Assembly: GCA_963575745.1 (NCBI GenBank)
Contig: CAUYUJ010000015.1
Location: forward strand, 558,001 to 622,000
Length of the DNA: 64,000 nt
Direction: 5' to 3'
Origin: Prorocentrum cordatum
Lineage: Eukaryota
The notes below the pieces were generated by a model, which had not been told where the DNA came from, did not search any database, and saw only the letters and a list, made by a program, of their open reading frames with translations. The stretch's first letter is position 1, and every line of letters starts with the position of its first letter. The translations under genes were made by a program, and so were the position numbers. This document shows positions 60,319-64,000 of this stretch, in pieces.

Positions 60319-61356
60319 GCCTTCGGCGCATCCCGCCACCGCGCCTGGGTTGTAGGCCAGAGACCTCCAGGATGCTCGCGGGGATCTCTTGGGAGGGCTC
60401 CCGGAAGCATCTTGGCTTCGGCGTTCGGATGTTTGGGGGGCATTTCGGGGATCTCTCGGGGGCCCGTTGGGGCCTGATTCGGTTCCAAATGTCGATTCGC
60501 GTTCGCCCTCTGGGGCCTCTCTTGGGCCCCTCTTGGGCCGGGTTGGGTGCCATTTGGGTCGTTTTGGGGCCATCTTGGGCCGTCTCGGGGTGCTCTCGGG
60601 AGCCTCTCGGGCCATCTCGGCGCGACCCTGGGCGCCTTTTGGGCCGCCTGGGAGCGTCGAAAATTTGAGAGGGCGAGAGCACTCAAACCCTTCAGAAACC
60701 AACGGAAAATATGATGTCGGCATCTCGGGACCCTCCTGGAGGGCCTCTGGGAGCCCGCCTGAGGCGCATTAGGGGCCTCTCTGGCCGTCTGTGGGCCATG
60801 CGGTGCGCGTTGGAGCGATCCCGGGGCGACTCGCGGCCGTCTCGCAGCGTCTCGGAGGCCCTCCCGGCCCGCATGGGGGTCCTCTGGCCGTTGGGGCCGT
60901 CGCGCGACCGACCCCGGGTGCGCCCAAGAGCGCCAAACAGATTTGGAAATGTGGGACGCGGGCCCGTCAAAGCCGGTTTACCGCATGGAATATACAGAGA
61001 ACTCGAAGATACCCGAAGACATCCTAACTCGCACCATAGCGCAGTAATATTCATTCGACCGATGAAATTACAAGGAATATGAAATTACAAGGAAGAGCCC
61101 GGCAGATTACCCACACGCACCCCCAGGGGCCCCGGGAGAGCCCAGCAATGCCTTGAAAAGACGGTAGATAGCCCGAAGAGGGCGCCACGAGGCAAACATC
61201 GGGCACCCAAGAGGGCCGAGGACATTTCCGAGACGGCCTCAGAAAAGCCAGCGAAGGCCCCAGCACGGCCCGAGAGCACTCCGAGAGGGCCCAACATGGC
61301 CTCGAGGCTGCCCGAGAGGCCCCCTCGTGGACATATAAGAGGGCCAGAGAAAACGA

Positions 61357-61388
61357 TACATATATATATATATACACACATACATATT

Positions 61389-61427
<39 letters not shown>

Positions 61428-61560
61428 GCAAAACATACAGACAGACAGACACATACATACATATATATATATACATGTATACATGTACATGTGTACGTGT
61501 GTGTATATATACATATGTACATATACATATATACATATACATATACACATATATATATAT

Positions 61561-61609
<49 letters not shown>

Positions 61610-61613
61610 TATA
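61357..61613. repeat. (TA)n/(TACA)n low-complexity tract
   Basis: Direct inspection. Confidence 0.9.
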
Positions 61614-64000
61614 GGTGTTTGTGTGTGCGTGGAAAGGTGTTTGGAAGATGCTGTGCTTGCCGCCTTTTCAGACCACGAACGGCCCAGAACGAGCCTGCCA
61701 GCTTCCGAGATCGCCCCATAGCGGCCCAAGAGATCCCGAAGACGGCTGCGCCCAAGATGGCCCAGGAGAGCCCCGAACGGCCAGAAGGAGAGCAAAGGGC
61801 TTCAAGGGACCCCCAAGAGAGACCCACGAGGGCCATAGGAGGCCTCCAAATGGGCCCTGCCAGACCCCAAGAGGGCCCCCAAACGGTCGAAACCCGAGCT
61901 AACGCGCGGGCACTTCAGTGCGAATCGGTGATTCGGGCGGGCGCGGTACCATGGCGACGTCGACAACGACAGACACGATGATGATTGTAGCGATGCTGGT
62001 GACGACGATGACGATGACGGCGGCAATGCCAATGAGAGCACCGATGCTGATCACGCCGATGACGTCGATGGTGTCCACGTGTAAATGATGAAGGTTGTGG
62101 AAGGATTTCGACATGCGCGCGCGGCCGAAGAGCGCGAGTGGCCCGCATGGAATCACTTGAGATGGATCGCGTCCGCCCCCCCAGCACGCGCGCAAGGAAG
62201 TTCAAATGATTTCGGCGCGCGCGCGCAGAAGGCCCGCTTGGTTGCATGTGATCCAAATTTTGAAAAGTGCACGGTTACCTTAAGAGTTTGCACGAGCGCG
62301 CACCTTTTTTCTTTCAAAAGTCATGTTGCAAAACCACGTGAGGGTTTTGATATCCACGCGATTTTTTGGTTTTTGTTTATGGTTTCCGGCATGGGCGTGC
62401 GACGACGCGCAGTGTGGGCAATGTCAAGTCGTTCGCCAGGGATTCGTGTAAATGGATGATTGTTGATGCACGAGGGTGCGCGCATAGTCGCATAGTATGA
62501 TTCCTCTCGCTTCGCGGGGTGCACGTCCGGAGCACGTACAGTCACGTCGTCGCGGGGCCTCTTGGGAGCCTTTTGGGGGCCTCCTGGAGGCCGCCTGGGA
62601 GTTTCTTTTGGCCTTTTGGGGGTTTCTTTGGGGGCTTTCCCCCCTCCTTCCTTTTCATACACCCTCCCCATTTTCCCTTCCATCGCCGGCTCCAATCATG
62701 GGCGCCGCAGTGACCAATTTCCACTTGGTTGGCGCTGCGCCGCAGTTCGCCCAGAGGGGGGAAAATAACATTACACACCAGTCGCTGTGTGGCCTTTGGG
62801 GGGTTTGTTGGAGGCTCTTTGGAGGCTTCTGGGGGACTTTTTGGAGGCTTGTTGGGGGCCTCTTGGGGCCTCTTGGGGGCGTCTTGGGCTGTTTTGGGGC
62901 GCTGTTGCGCCGTTTCGCCCCCTCGGAGGCTGTCTTGGGGGCCTCTCGCGGTCGCATTGGAGCCCTCTTGTGGTCCTCTTGGGCAGTCTTCGCTGCCTCT
63001 TGGACCGTCTTGGGGGCCTCTTTGGGTCGTTTTGGGGCCCTCTTGGGCCGTCTTGGGGCCCTCTTGGGGTTTTTTTGGGCCGTTTTGGGGCGATTCTGGA
63101 AGCTGCTTGGGCCGTCATGGATTTTTGAAAGCCGAAAAAAAAAAACGAAAACGCTAAAATATTGCAAGAACCATCGGAAAATCCACGATTTCGGCGTCTG
63201 GAGGCGCAGTTATGGGCGTTCTTGGGCCCTGTTGGGCCGTCTTTGGAGCTTTTGGGGCCCTCTTGGGGCCGTTTTGGGGGCCTCATGGGCCCCCGTTGGG
63301 AATATCTGGGGCCGTCTTAGGGCCATCTTGAGGCCCTCTTGGAGCCCCAAGAGGCCCAAGAGGCCGAATTTGCTAATTGTTCATATGTTTTTGCTAGTTT
63401 TTAGGACCCCAGAAGGGGGGGGTCCTCTTGGTCCGGCGGTGTGGCGCAGCTCCCAGGGGGGGGGCAGGGGGGGAAGCATAATAATGTAACACAATACAAT
63501 ATGTTGCAATTATGGAATCTTTGGATACATTGGATACGTTGCATTAAGGCGTTCGCCGAAAAACGCTGCCGCTCAGCACGTCACCTCCGGACGTGGATTC
63601 CTCTCGCTTCGCGGGTGTGCACGTCCGGACCACGTACAGTCCAGTTGTTGCGGGGCCTTTTGGGAGCTTCCTTGTGGCCTCTTCGAGGTGTCTTGGGTGG
63701 GGGCCTCTTTGGAGGTGTCTTAGAACCGCTCACGCAGTTAGAATGCACCGTGAACGTGCTGCCTTCAGCCATCGTAGCGAGGATTTCCGCCAAGGTGCGG
63801 GGACGTGGAGACTCGCTCGTCGAGGTTCCAACCTCGGGCTGAGGGGGCGATGAGGACGATGAGGAAGAACAGGAGGGAAAAGACGGGGATAGGAATGAGG
63901 ATGACGACGATGAGGAGGATGAGGAGGGCGATGAGGGAAGCGGCGGCCCCATCTTCCCTCCCAGCGCCGGCTCTACTCATGGGCGCCGCCGTGACCAACT

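Overview
This is eukaryotic, GC-rich, repeat-saturated DNA, most likely from a dinoflagellate. That call is inferred from spliced-leader (DinoSL)-like relics and a DNMT-carrying DIRS element. No bacterial-style genes, RNA genes or CRISPR arrays were found, and most ORF-track entries are repeat artefacts. The main contents are: (1) a decayed DIRS-like retrotransposon (~7.5-30.5 kb) with gag, RT, an RNase H split by a C5 DNA methyltransferase, and a tyrosine recombinase; (2) nested inside it, a 16.1-kb Copia-type LTR element (12744-28842) with 233-bp LTRs, a 5-bp GCCCC target-site duplication and non-TG/CA ends; (3) a minus-strand L1/Tx1-like LINE with a C-terminal RNase H; (4) a KDZ-type transposase interrupted by a 280-bp TG..CA insertion; (5) an intronless hypothetical ORF; and (6) many satellites and microsatellites. 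The Copia element is the candidate undescribed system. It carries Tpt1/KptA-like 2'-phosphotransferase, RING-H2 and DNMT-like domains, has SL-like sequence in its LTRs and at the gag/cargo junction, lacks a polypurine tract, and holds ~35 sense-strand GCNNG-GNRA-CN'N'GC hairpins with compensatory changes. All calls come from motif reading by eye; no searches were run.
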